Shown here: piece by piece, positions 9,510 through 20,980 of the stretch
How positions within the stretch are numbered: position 1 is the stretch's first letter
How the letters are laid out: every line of letters begins with the position of its first letter
Assembly: GCA_038212275.1 (NCBI GenBank)
Contig: JBBQUR010000005.1
Span: 138,911-202,910, forward strand
Direction of reading: 5' to 3'
From: Planctomycetota bacterium
GTDB lineage: Bacteria > Planctomycetota > B15-G4
Length of the DNA: 64,000 bases
The notes under the pieces: model-generated
Told to the model about the DNA's origin: nothing
The model's input: the letters and a program-made list of their open reading frames with translations, nothing else
The model's database searches: none
Program-made: the position numbers and the translations under genes

Positions 9510-10735
9510 ACACCAGCCTCTTCCGCGATCTGTCCACCCTTGCACACGGCCTGCCGTTCGCCGGCGCCGCCCTGCTCGCCTCGCTGCTGCTCGCGACGAC
9601 GACCTCGGCGCAGGACGGCCATGCGGCGCATGCCGTGGCCGCCGCCCGCGCCACGCCGGACGACGCGATGCCGAAGCCGCAGCGCATCCTCATCCTGGGC
9701 GGCACCGGCTTCCTCGGGCCGCAGATCGTGGACGCGGCGACCGCGCGCGGCCATCACGTCACGCTCTTCAATCGCGGCAAGACGCGGCCGGAGCTGTTCA
9801 AGGACCGGCCGGAGATCGAGATCCTGCACGGCGACCGCGACCCGAAGAAGGACGAGGGCCTGGCGTCCCTGGAGGACGCCGTCGTCGCCGGCACGCATTG
9901 GGATGCGGTGGTGGACACCTCCGGCTACGTGCCGCGCATCGTGGGCGCGAGCGCCAACGTGCTGGCGCCGGCCATCGACCAGTACGTCTTCATCTCCACG
10001 ATCTCCGTCTTTGCCGACGACGTCGCGCAGCACAGCGCCGAGGACGGCAAGCTCGCGACGATGCCCGACGAGACCAGCGAGGACGTGCGCCAGTTCTACG
10101 GCGCGCTGAAGGTGCTGTGCGAGAAGGCCGCGGAGGCCGCCGCGCCCGGCAAGGTCACGACCATCCGCCCCGGCCTCATCGTCGGCCCCGGCGATCCGAC
10201 GGATCGCTTCACCTACTGGCCCGTGCGCATCGCTCGCGGCGGCGAGGTGCTGTGCCCCGGCGACGGCGCCGATCCGATCCAGTTCATCGACGTGCGCGAC
10301 CTGGCGGAGTTCACGGTGCACTGCATCGAGCAGCGCAGCTTCGGCACCTTCAACGCGACCGGCCCCGAGCGCGAGCTGCCGATGAAGGAACTCGTGGATG
10401 CCTGCGCGGCACAGCCCCAGGCGCCTGGCGCGACGCCGGCCACGCTCACCTGGGTGCCGACGGACTTCCTGGTAGCGCAGCAGGTCTCGCCGTGGAGCGA
10501 CATGCCGGTCTGGGTGCCGCGCGGCCCCGACAACGGCTTCTCGAACATCGACTGCTCCAAGGCCATCGCGGCGGGGTTGAGCTTCCGGCCCGTGACGCCG
10601 ACGGTGCATGACACGCTCGCCTGGTGGGCGACGCTGCCCGAGGAGCGCCGTGCGAAGCTGAAGGACGGCATCTCGCCCGAGCGCGAAGCCGAGGTGCTCG
10701 CCGCATGGAAGGCCAGCGAGGCCGCGCCGCGCTGA
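9506..10735 (+). CDS. NAD-dependent epimerase/dehydratase (extended/atypical SDR) with an N-terminal signal peptide
   Basis: ILILGGTGFLG (Rossmann), FNRGK, FISTISV, YGALK (YxxxK), IRPGLIVGP.DPTDRFTYW, IDVRDLA. ATGA overlap with the transporter. Confidence 0.88.
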   Translation: MNTSLFRDLSTLAHGLPFAGAALLASLLLATTTSAQDGHAAHAVAAARATPDDAMPKPQRILILGGTGFLGPQIVDAATARGHHVTLFNRGKTRPELFKDRPEIEILHGDRDPKKDEGLASLEDAVVAGTHWDAVVDTSGYVPRIVGASANVLAPAIDQYVFISTISVFADDVAQHSAEDGKLATMPDETSEDVRQFYGALKVLCEKAAEAAAPGKVTTIRPGLIVGPGDPTDRFTYWPVRIARGGEVLCPGDGADPIQFIDVRDLAEFTVHCIEQRSFGTFNATGPERELPMKELVDACAAQPQAPGATPATLTWVPTDFLVAQQVSPWSDMPVWVPRGPDNGFSNIDCSKAIAAGLSFRPVTPTVHDTLAWWATLPEERRAKLKDGISPEREAEVLAAWKASEAAPR

Positions 10736-12451
10736 GTGAATGCCCGCGCCGAGGGCGGTATACCCAGCCGCGTGGATCGCCCGGTCACGCACGATGTCTC
10801 TCCCGCCCGGCAGCAGCGCCTGCGTGCGCTGTTTGCCGCGCGCGGGCACGCGCTGACGACGAACCCGAAGAACGAGTACATCGCCTTCGAGGTGCGCACG
10901 CAGGACAAGTCCATCTTCACGCTCTACACGAGCGGCAAGTTCGTGTGCACCGCGCGCAGCGGCGACCCCGAGGGCGCGGTGCTGCTGGCGGACATCACGG
11001 AGCTGCTCGGCGGGGCGGCCGCGCCGCGCGCCGGCACGTCGGGCACGACCGGCACGTCGGGCACGGCCGGCACGTCGCGCACGGCCGGCACGTCGCACAC
11101 GGCCGGCACGTCGCGCACGGCCGGCACGTCGCGCACGGCCGGCACGGCAGCGGCCGCCGGAGGCGGGAAGAGCGAGCGGGGCGAGAAGGCGGTCGGCGCC
11201 TCGCAGGAGTCGGGTTCCGGCGGGCGTACGTCCAACGGTCTGTCGCTGGGCAGCAAGCGCGGCCTGCACTGGCTCGGCGGCGTGGACGAGACCGGCACCG
11301 GCGAGTTGCTCGGCACCGCAGTGCTCTCCGGCGCGCTCCTGCCCGTGCCGCTGGCCGACGCGGTGGCTGCGGTCGCGGGGCATGTGGAGACGAAGGCGTC
11401 GCGCGCCGCGTCCGGCTGGGCTGCTCTGGGCGAGCAACTCGCAGGGCTCGGCGAGAAGGGGCTGCACCTCTCGTCGCTGCCCGTCCCCAATCGGCTCTTC
11501 GATGCGTGGTCCAAGAACGGGCTGCTCGACCTGGCCTACGTGCGCCTCGTCGGCGACATGCTGGCGAGCGCCGGGCTGGCGCGTGCCGGGTCGCTGGCCG
11601 ATCTCGAGCTCGTCATCGACGACTACGGCACCGGCCCTCTGCTCGCCGACGCAGTCGAGGCCTGGCGCGGCCGCGGCATGACCGTGCTCGTGCAGACGCG
11701 CGCGGACGACCGGCACCTCGCGGTGCGCGTCGCGTCGGTGGTGGCGCGGGCGCACCGCAGTCGCGAGAAGACGGGCCTCGACCGCAGCGTGATCGACGGA
11801 CCGCTGGGCACCGGCAACGCGGGCCACGGCATCACGCTGCGCTGGCTGCGTCGCCGCGCGGCCGCACGCGATCATGTGCAGGGCATCTGGCCTCCGTTCG
11901 TGAAGGCCTCGTTCAAGACGGTGCGCTTCGCGGACGGCCTGCCCGAGGTGACCAAGCGCCGCGTCCCGCTGCTGCGCGAGCTGCTCGACGATGACGGCGC
12001 GCGAGACTTCCTGCGCGGCCGGCTCGACGTGAGCACGGCCGTGCTGCGTGGTGCGGGCGGTGCGCCGCTGCGCGCCTTCGCCGTCACCGCGCGCGGCGAG
12101 TTGCGCGAGCCCTCGCCGCCATGTGTGGCGTGGGAGCTGCTGCCGGTGCTCTGCGGCGGAGTCGTGCTGCACGACAGCGTCTGCGATGCGGACACGCTGG
12201 AGGCGCTGCTGGAACCCGAGGTCGGTCTGCTCACCGGCTGGCGCGTGCTGGTCGGTCCGCGCGATGCGGCCGACACGCGCGACGCCGGCACCGCCACGCT
12301 GGCCACGCTTGCCGCCAGCCATGCTGCGGGCCAGCTCATGGTCGTGCCCACGGCGGTGGCAGACCCGCTGGATCGCGTGCGCCGCCATGCGGCCGTGCTG
12401 CTCTCGCGCGAGAGCTGCCCGGACGTGCTGTCGCTGCAGCTCGTGAGCTGA
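10736..12451 (+). CDS. Type 2 RNase H (RNase HIII-like): N-terminal TBP-like domain, repeat linker, RNase HII catalytic domain and C-terminal extension
   Basis: FTLYTSGKFV (HIII TBP-like N-domain), GVDETGTGELLG, LVIDD, ADD..LAVRVASVVAR, PPFVKASFKT. An alternative GTG start lies at 10772. Confidence 0.7.
   Translation: MNARAEGGIPSRVDRPVTHDVSPARQQRLRALFAARGHALTTNPKNEYIAFEVRTQDKSIFTLYTSGKFVCTARSGDPEGAVLLADITELLGGAAAPRAGTSGTTGTSGTAGTSRTAGTSHTAGTSRTAGTSRTAGTAAAAGGGKSERGEKAVGASQESGSGGRTSNGLSLGSKRGLHWLGGVDETGTGELLGTAVLSGALLPVPLADAVAAVAGHVETKASRAASGWAALGEQLAGLGEKGLHLSSLPVPNRLFDAWSKNGLLDLAYVRLVGDMLASAGLARAGSLADLELVIDDYGTGPLLADAVEAWRGRGMTVLVQTRADDRHLAVRVASVVARAHRSREKTGLDRSVIDGPLGTGNAGHGITLRWLRRRAAARDHVQGIWPPFVKASFKTVRFADGLPEVTKRRVPLLRELLDDDGARDFLRGRLDVSTAVLRGAGGAPLRAFAVTARGELREPSPPCVAWELLPVLCGGVVLHDSVCDADTLEALLEPEVGLLTGWRVLVGPRDAADTRDAGTATLATLAASHAAGQLMVVPTAVADPLDRVRRHAAVLLSRESCPDVLSLQLVS
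11033..11146. repeat. 18-bp coding tandem repeat (GGCACGTCGCGCACGGCC), 6 copies, encoding GTS[RGH]T[AT]
   Basis: Read directly. Confidence 0.9.
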
Positions 12452-12509
12452 GCGCATCCATCGAGTTGTCGCATGGTGCGCCCCGGGCTGGACACGTCGA
12501 CCCCGAGGA

Positions 12510-15500
12510 CTACTCGCGGTTCTGCTGTTGCCAGCGCACGGCGCGCGCCGCGATGCCGGCTCCGGGTTGCGCCGCGTCCCAGGCGGTGTAGAGCGCGAGG
12601 ATGCCTTCCCGCGCGGCTACGTGGGCGGCCGGCGGTGCATCGGGCAGCAGCTCGAGCGCTTCGCAGGCCTGTCGCAGCAGGGCCTCGGCTTCCTCGTAGC
12701 GCCCGAGCGCCGTGAGGCAGCGCCCCTCGACTTGGCGGGCGAAGGCCAGCTCCCATGCGCTGCGGGGCACGAGCTTCTCGCGCACGGACACCAGCTCCGC
12801 GAGCAGCGGCTCGGCCGTCGCTGCATCGCCGCGGGTCAGCAACGCCATGCCGTAGTCGTTGAGTGAATAGGCCAGCTCCACATGCACCTTGCCGTAACGA
12901 TCGCGGCGCGACACCAGTGCCTTGCGGAAGAGCACGTCGGCCTCGTCGTGCCTGCCCTGGCGGTCGAGCACCTTGGCCAGGCCGTTCTGCGCGGCGGGCA
13001 CGAAGGGCTGGTCCTGCAGGCCGTTGCGCTCGACGAGGTCCAGCGCTTCGGCGAGCGCAGGAGCGGCGGCCGCGTCGTCGCCGGCGTCCTGCAGTTGTCC
13101 GGCCCAGTTGTAGAGGCTCTGTGCCCGGTCGGGATCGTCCTCGCGCAGGATCCTCCGGTTGCTGGCCGCGATCGCACCCAGTTGCTCGGCAGCTTCCTGC
13201 GGGCGTCGCTGCCGCGCAAACACCTGCGCCGCCTTGAAGCGCGACGTCAAGGTCACCGGGCTGTCCTCGCCCAGCACGCGCCGGCTGCTCTCCAGGGTCG
13301 CGAAGATCAGCGGATCGGCCTCGTCGAAGCGCCCTTGCGACCACAGGCGGCCGGCGAGGTTGTTGAGCGTGTTCAGCGTCTCGAGGCTGTCGTCGCCGAA
13401 GATGCGGCGGCGCCGCTCCAGGCAGTCGCGCAGCATGGCCTCGCTTTCCTCGTGGCGGCCCAGCGCCTGCAGGCAGAGCGACAGGTTGTTGAGGATCGAG
13501 CAGGTCTGCTGGTTGTCGACGCCGAAGATGCGCTCAGAGCGGTCCAGGGCGTCGCGCAGAGCGGCTTCGGCGTCCTCGTGCTGCCCGAGCTTGTCGAGCG
13601 TGCTGCCCAGCGCGCCGAGCGCGACGATGGTGTCCGGGTGATCGTCGCCCAGCCGCGTGCTGCGCTCGTCCAGCAGCTGCTCGAGCAGCTCGCGCGACTC
13701 CGCGGACAGATTCATGAAGCCGAGCGTCTGGGCCAGCATGAAGCGCGTGTTGTTCACGTCGGGATGATCGGAGTCGGGCAGCCTGGACAGTCCGGCGAGC
13801 GACGCGCGCAGCGTGATTTCCGCTTCTCGGTAGCGCCCGAGGCGCATCAGCGTGTCGCCGAGCTCGGACTGCGAGTGCAGCGTGTCGACGTCGTCTGCGC
13901 CGAAGGCCGCCGTCAGCTGCTGCAGCGTCGTGCGCTGCATGGCCTCGGCGCCGGCCAGGTCGCCGCGCAGCTTGCGCAGGCGTCCGAGATCGCCGGCCGT
14001 CATGAGCGTGCGCCGGTCGTCCGGGCCGAAGTGCTCCAGCTCCACGGCGTAAGCGCGCTGCAGCTCAGAGTCCGCCTCGACGAACTGGTTGAGCCGGCCG
14101 TAGACGTTGCCCAGCGTGTTGCGCAGGCGTGCCTCGACGTCCGGCTGTCCGGCCAGCTCCACCGGCAACCGCGCGCTCGCCTCGCCGAGGATGCGCTGCA
14201 GGAGCGTCGTGTCGGCGCCGCGCGCCACGCTGGGATCGATGCCCTTGAACATCGTGAGCAGGAAGGCCGCGGTGGCCTCGGCGTGCTGCTGCTGCGTCTC
14301 GGCTGCCACGCGCGCGTCGTGCTCGCGGACGTTGGCCTCGCGCTCGCGCTCGGTCGCCTGGCGCGCGCGCTCCGTCGCTGCACGCTCGCTCACGTTGGCG
14401 CTGCGTTCGCGCAGGTAGAGCTGCGTGGTGACGGCCACGGCGATCATCAGCGTCAGCAACACGGCGGCCAGTGCGCCCACCAGGATCCGGTTGCGCCGCG
14501 CGAAGCGGGAGAGCTGGTACCAGGCGCTGGCGGGGCGCGCGGCGATCGGCTCGTCGGCCAGGTGGCGCCGGATGTCGTCGGCCATGGCGGCCGCCGAGGC
14601 GTAGCGCCGTGTCTTGTCCTTCTCGAGTGCCTTCTGGACGATCGTCTCGATGTCGCCGCGCAGCGCGCGGTCGTGCGAGCTCAGCCTGCTCGGCTCGTCC
14701 TCCTGGATGACGCGCACGGCCTCCGGCAGGCCCGCGCGATCCAGGATGTGCGGCAGCCGCCCGGTCAGCAATTCGTAGAGCACGACGCCCAGCGAATACA
14801 CGTCGGAGCGCGCGTCGACCTCGTCCTGCCTGCCGCCCGCCTGCTCCGGGCTCATGTAGGCCAGCGTGCCGAGCATCGCGCCCATGTCGGTGCGCATCGT
14901 GGTCGAGCGGCCGTCGTCGTCGACCAGCCGCGCCACGCCGAAGTCCAGCACCTTGGGCTGGCCCTCGGGCGTCATCAGGATGTTGCCCGGCTTGAGGTCG
15001 CGATGGATCACGCCCTTGCCGTGCGCGTGCTCCACGGCGTCGGCGATGAGGATCGCGAGTTCCAGTCGCGCGCGGATGTCGAGCGAGTGCTCCTGTGCGT
15101 ACTGGTCGATGCGCCCGCCCTCGACGAACTCCAGCGCGAAGTACGGCAGCACGCCCTGCTCGGTGGCGTAGGTGCCGGCCTGGAAGATCTGCGCGATGCC
15201 GGGATGCCGCAGCCGCGCCAGCAGCTCGCCCTCCTGCTCGAAGCGGCGCAGCGTGCGCGGCGACAGCGCGCCGGCATGGATCACCTTGAGCGCGACCCGG
15301 CGCGTCGGGTGCTCCTGCTGCGCCAGGAAGACGACGCCCATGCCGCCTTCGCCGATCTTTCGCAGAATCCGGAACGGCCCGATCTCGCGCGGCAGGTCGA
15401 TCGGGCGCGCCTCCGACGGCGCCTCCGGGTCCGTGGAGTCGGCCGAGTCGGCCGAGTCGGCCGAGTCGGGAGAAGCGGGAGAGGCGGGCTGCTCGGTCAT
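12510..15500 (-). CDS. Hanks-type Ser/Thr protein kinase with a TM segment and C-terminal TPR repeats
   Basis: IGEGGMGVV, VALK, HRDLKPGN, DFG, GTLAYMSPEQ, DVYSLG, then a TM helix and kinesin-light-chain-like TPRs (LGDDHPDT, NNLA). Confidence 0.95.
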   Translation of the reverse strand: MTEQPASPASPDSADSADSADSTDPEAPSEARPIDLPREIGPFRILRKIGEGGMGVVFLAQQEHPTRRVALKVIHAGALSPRTLRRFEQEGELLARLRHPGIAQIFQAGTYATEQGVLPYFALEFVEGGRIDQYAQEHSLDIRARLELAILIADAVEHAHGKGVIHRDLKPGNILMTPEGQPKVLDFGVARLVDDDGRSTTMRTDMGAMLGTLAYMSPEQAGGRQDEVDARSDVYSLGVVLYELLTGRLPHILDRAGLPEAVRVIQEDEPSRLSSHDRALRGDIETIVQKALEKDKTRRYASAAAMADDIRRHLADEPIAARPASAWYQLSRFARRNRILVGALAAVLLTLMIAVAVTTQLYLRERSANVSERAATERARQATEREREANVREHDARVAAETQQQHAEATAAFLLTMFKGIDPSVARGADTTLLQRILGEASARLPVELAGQPDVEARLRNTLGNVYGRLNQFVEADSELQRAYAVELEHFGPDDRRTLMTAGDLGRLRKLRGDLAGAEAMQRTTLQQLTAAFGADDVDTLHSQSELGDTLMRLGRYREAEITLRASLAGLSRLPDSDHPDVNNTRFMLAQTLGFMNLSAESRELLEQLLDERSTRLGDDHPDTIVALGALGSTLDKLGQHEDAEAALRDALDRSERIFGVDNQQTCSILNNLSLCLQALGRHEESEAMLRDCLERRRRIFGDDSLETLNTLNNLAGRLWSQGRFDEADPLIFATLESSRRVLGEDSPVTLTSRFKAAQVFARQRRPQEAAEQLGAIAASNRRILREDDPDRAQSLYNWAGQLQDAGDDAAAAPALAEALDLVERNGLQDQPFVPAAQNGLAKVLDRQGRHDEADVLFRKALVSRRDRYGKVHVELAYSLNDYGMALLTRGDAATAEPLLAELVSVREKLVPRSAWELAFARQVEGRCLTALGRYEEAEALLRQACEALELLPDAPPAAHVAAREGILALYTAWDAAQPGAGIAARAVRWQQQNRE

Positions 15501-15616
15501 GCGGGCGGAAGTGTCGCATGAGGCGGCGCCCCGTACGACGTGGCGCAGGCGGCACCCGGGTCGTGGCACTTGTGGAACTCCGAATCCGCTAGTGAGGGGA
15601 AAGGAGGCCTCCGCCC

Positions 15617-17095
15617 ATGTTCGACACGCACCCTGTCCCGCTTCCGCACACGCGGCGGAGTTTCCTGCTCGGATCGGCGGCTGCGGCCGCGGGACTCGCG
15701 CTCACGTCGCGGAGCGTGGTGGCCGCGCTCGTGCCGGCGCTGCCGGGCCGCCCGGAGGAATTGCCCGACGAGCGGGCCGAGCGCGAGGCCTTCCTCGCCG
15801 CCGTCATCGCGGGCGACCTGGTCGCCGTGCGCGCGCGCCTCGAGACGAGGCCGCGCCTCGTCGATGCCGCCGATGCGGCCGGGTGCTCCGCGCTCGTGCT
15901 GGCGTACTGCCATGGCCAGCAGCCCGTCGCGGACGCCCTGCGCGAACGCGGGGCGCGCGTCGAACTCATCGAGGCCTGCATGATTCCCGATTGGGATCGC
16001 GTGAAGGAGCTGGCGGGCGGTGATGGGGCGGGCGTCGACGCATGGCACCCCGTCGGCGGCACCGCGATGTACGCCGCGGCGCGTGCCGGCCGCGCCGACA
16101 CCTATCACCTGCAGGATCTGGGCGCCGACCCCGATGGCAACCCGCGCGGGCGCTCCGGCGTCACGCCTGCCTGGGGCGCCCTCGAGTGCAGGGACCCCAT
16201 CGACGCGTGGCGCTGCACGGTCGCACTGCTGAGCAACGGCGCGCACGTGAATGCGCCGCAGCGCCACGGCGAGACGCTGCTGCACGCCGCGGCGCGGCGC
16301 GGCGACGTGAACATCCTGCGCTACCTGCTGCGGCGCGGCGCGGACACGGAGGCGCGGACGCTGCATGGAGTCACCGCGCTTGGCGAAGCGGAGCGCCTCG
16401 GTCACGAGGCGGCCGCCGCGATGCTGCGGAATGCGTCGAGCGTCGAGCGCGACGACTTCACGCTGCGCTACGCCTTCGACGCGAGCGGTGCGCCGGTCAT
16501 CTGGCCGGACCTCTCCGATCTCTCGCCCGCCGAGATGAGCGCGGTGACGGGGCCCTCGCACTTCAATCTCGAGGCCGTGAAGACCGCCGTCGGCAGCGAC
16601 ACGCGGCGCTCCTTCTCGGTGTCCACGCAGGACGAACTCGCCGTCGAGGCCTGCGGTCACACGGGTTACCGCGAGGCCATCGCCTATCACCTCGACCACG
16701 GCGTCCCGATGTCGCTCGCGACGGCACTCTCCTTCGGCGACCTGAAGCGGGCGCGCGCGCTGCTCGAACGCCATCCCGGTTCGATCCACGAGCGCGGCCC
16801 GCACGACTTCGCGATCATGTGGTACCCGGCCATCGGCGGCGACTCTGTCGAGGCCGCGCAACTGCTGCTCGAGCATGGTGCCGACGTGAACCAGGACAGC
16901 CAGGGCACGATCGCGCTGCACTGGGCGGCGATGCGCGGCCGGCTCGAACTGGCCGCGTTTCTCCTCGACGAGGGGGCGCGCATCGATGCCGTCAGCTACA
17001 GTTTCGATCGGGCCGGCAGGACGCCGCTGCAACTCGCCCTGGAGCGCGAGCAGGACAAGCTCGTCACGCTGCTTCGCGAGCGCGGCGCCACCTGA
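15617..17095 (+). CDS. Ankyrin-repeat protein with a twin-arginine (Tat) signal peptide
   Basis: TRRSFLLG followed by a hydrophobic stretch. Ankyrin motifs GETLLHAAARRG, LLEHGADVN, ALHWAAMRG and GRTPLQLA. SD AAGGAGG upstream. Confidence 0.9.
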   Translation: MFDTHPVPLPHTRRSFLLGSAAAAAGLALTSRSVVAALVPALPGRPEELPDERAEREAFLAAVIAGDLVAVRARLETRPRLVDAADAAGCSALVLAYCHGQQPVADALRERGARVELIEACMIPDWDRVKELAGGDGAGVDAWHPVGGTAMYAAARAGRADTYHLQDLGADPDGNPRGRSGVTPAWGALECRDPIDAWRCTVALLSNGAHVNAPQRHGETLLHAAARRGDVNILRYLLRRGADTEARTLHGVTALGEAERLGHEAAAAMLRNASSVERDDFTLRYAFDASGAPVIWPDLSDLSPAEMSAVTGPSHFNLEAVKTAVGSDTRRSFSVSTQDELAVEACGHTGYREAIAYHLDHGVPMSLATALSFGDLKRARALLERHPGSIHERGPHDFAIMWYPAIGGDSVEAAQLLLEHGADVNQDSQGTIALHWAAMRGRLELAAFLLDEGARIDAVSYSFDRAGRTPLQLALEREQDKLVTLLRERGAT

Positions 17096-17155
17096 CCGTG
17101 CCATGAAGGCTCAGCAGGCCGTGAGGCTGTCATCGCGCACCACTCGATCGAACCC

Positions 17156-17627
17156 GTGTACGAACGCCTGCGCGTGCTTGCCGCCCGGCAGCTCGGGCGG
17201 GAGCGCATCGATCACACGCTGCAGCCCACGGCGCTGGTGCACGAGGCGTGGTTGCGCCTCGCGGACTGGCGCAGCAGCGACGAGCTGGCGGCGCTTCCGC
17301 CGGAGGAGTTCGCGATGCTGGCGAGCTCGATCATGCGTCGCGTGCTGACCGATCACGCACGCTCGCGAGGAGCCGCCAAACGCACCGCGGACAGCGCGCC
17401 TCCCGCTTCCGGCACGACCTCCGGCGCGCGCATCATCGTCGAAGTGGATGATGCGCTGCGCGACCTGGCCGAGCAGGACGCGGAGCTCGCGCGCCTCGTC
17501 GAGCTGCGCTTCTTCGGCGGCTGCACGCTGCGCGAAATCGCCACGCTGACGGGAGCCTCGCTGCGCACGGTGAATCGTCGCTGGCAGCTCGCGCGCGCCT
17601 GGCTGCTCGACGCGATGGGCCAGGACC

Positions 17628-17638
<11 letters not shown>
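17156..17638 (+). CDS. ECF-type RNA polymerase sigma factor (TIGR02999/ECF43-like)
   Basis: HTLQPTALVHEAWLRL, MRRVLTDHAR, LVELRFFGG.T..EIA, SLRTVNRRWQLARAWL. Overlaps the downstream kinase. Start uncertain. Confidence 0.9.
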
Positions 17639-19391
<1,753 letters not shown>

Positions 19392-19604
19392 TTCCGGAGT
19401 CTCCCCGGGCGGGACAGCTGAAGCGCAGGATGGCCGTGGATGTGCTGCGCTGCGCGGGCGGCAGAGCCTCCGCATGTCACAAGCGCCTCGACTCGCCGAT
19501 TCCTTGTCTTGCAGCGCATGATCCCATGGAAGCCATGCGGCGTCGTGCTCGCAGCTGTGGGGCAACCAGTCGGCGCACGCGCCCCGACCGCAGTCCGGAG
19601 ATCC

Positions 19605-20849
19605 ATGGGCAGCCCCCGCATCGTGCTGTTCGCCGCCGACGAGGTCGGGCACTTCCAGCGGATGCTGCCGTTGATGGCGGGGCTCAGGCGTCGCGGTGCG
19701 CGCGTGGAGGTCTTCACCTACCCGCGCTTCCGCACGGCGGTCGAGAGCACCGGCGCAGCCTTCACGGACCTCTCCGACCTTTGTTCGGAGGAGGCTGCCG
19801 ACGCCACGTCGCAGCCGGCGGCCTGCCGCTCCGTCGCCTTCGCAGGCTGCTACGCGGACGTCGTCGCCGAGCGCCTCGCGTGCGACCGCCCGGCGCTCAT
19901 CCTGCACGACACCTTTGCGGTCATCGGGTATGTCGTGGGGCGGGTGCTCGGCGTGCCCTGCGTCAACATCTGCGCCGGGCACAACGTGGATCCCGAGACG
20001 TTCCAGGCCGCTCTGGCCGTGGACCCGCGCGTGTTCGTCTCGCAGGACTGCCATGCGGCCGTCGAGCGACTGCGCAGCCGCTTCGGCATCACGAACGCCT
20101 CACCCTTCCTCTACGTGGCGACGCTCAGCCCGTGGCTCAACATCTGCTGCGAGCCGCCCGAATACCTGGCGCCTCACGAACGGCAGGTCTTTGCGCCGCT
20201 CGCGTTCTTCGGCTCGCTGGCGGACACGACATTGCCGTCACGGCGAGAGCCGGGCACGGAAGCGCACTTCGGTGCCGAGCCCGAGACGCTCAAGGTCTAC
20301 GTCTCGTTCGGCACGGTCGCGTGGCGCTACTACAGGCCGCAGGTCGTGGCGGCGCTGAGTGTGATTGCGGCGGAGCTGTCCGGGAGGCCGGGCACGACGT
20401 CCATCGTGTCGCTCGGAGGCCACGCACTCTCCGTGCGCGACCTCGCGGCGCTGGAGCTGCCCGGCGTGCGGGTCGTGCGGTACGCCAACCAGCGCGAGGT
20501 GCTTGCGGAGGCCGACGTCTTCATCACGCACCACGGCCTGAACTCCACGCACGAGGCGGTCTACCACCGCGTGCCGATGATCTCGTACCCCTTGTTCTGG
20601 GATCAGCCGGCTCTTGCCGCCCGGTGCCAGGAGTTCGGCATCGCCGTGCCGCTGGTCGCGACGCCGCGCGGACCCGTGACGCGCTCCGACGTGGCGCGTG
20701 CGCTCGATGCGGTCGTCGATGCGGACTTCCTGCAACCTGCCCTGAAGCTGGCTCGCGAACGCGAACTCGCCGTCATGCGCGCTCGCGACGGTGTCCTCGA
20801 TCAGCTCATGGATCTCGCCGGCGGCCGGTCGCTCACGCTGGGGCGGTGA
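19605..20849 (+). CDS. GT1 / MGT-family (UDP-glycosyltransferase-like) glycosyltransferase
   Basis: GHFQRML, VYVSFGT, QREVLAEADVFITHHGLNSTHEA...VPMISYPLFWDQ (UGT signature). GGAG precedes the ATG. Confidence 0.9.
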   Translation: MGSPRIVLFAADEVGHFQRMLPLMAGLRRRGARVEVFTYPRFRTAVESTGAAFTDLSDLCSEEAADATSQPAACRSVAFAGCYADVVAERLACDRPALILHDTFAVIGYVVGRVLGVPCVNICAGHNVDPETFQAALAVDPRVFVSQDCHAAVERLRSRFGITNASPFLYVATLSPWLNICCEPPEYLAPHERQVFAPLAFFGSLADTTLPSRREPGTEAHFGAEPETLKVYVSFGTVAWRYYRPQVVAALSVIAAELSGRPGTTSIVSLGGHALSVRDLAALELPGVRVVRYANQREVLAEADVFITHHGLNSTHEAVYHRVPMISYPLFWDQPALAARCQEFGIAVPLVATPRGPVTRSDVARALDAVVDADFLQPALKLARERELAVMRARDGVLDQLMDLAGGRSLTLGR

Positions 20850-20980
20850 AGCGGGCGCGCCGCCCTTGCCGGTTCATTCGTCTTGCATGTTTTGAGGGTA
20901 TGCAGCAAGGTATCCGCCACGGACACGCCGGCCGGGCTGCCTTGGCTCGCGGCGAGTGACGACCTGCGGGAGACGGGCAC

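Noticed and set aside
11033-11146. Possible CRISPR or mobile-element repeat
   Set aside because: An in-frame 18-bp tandem repeat encoding an interdomain linker.
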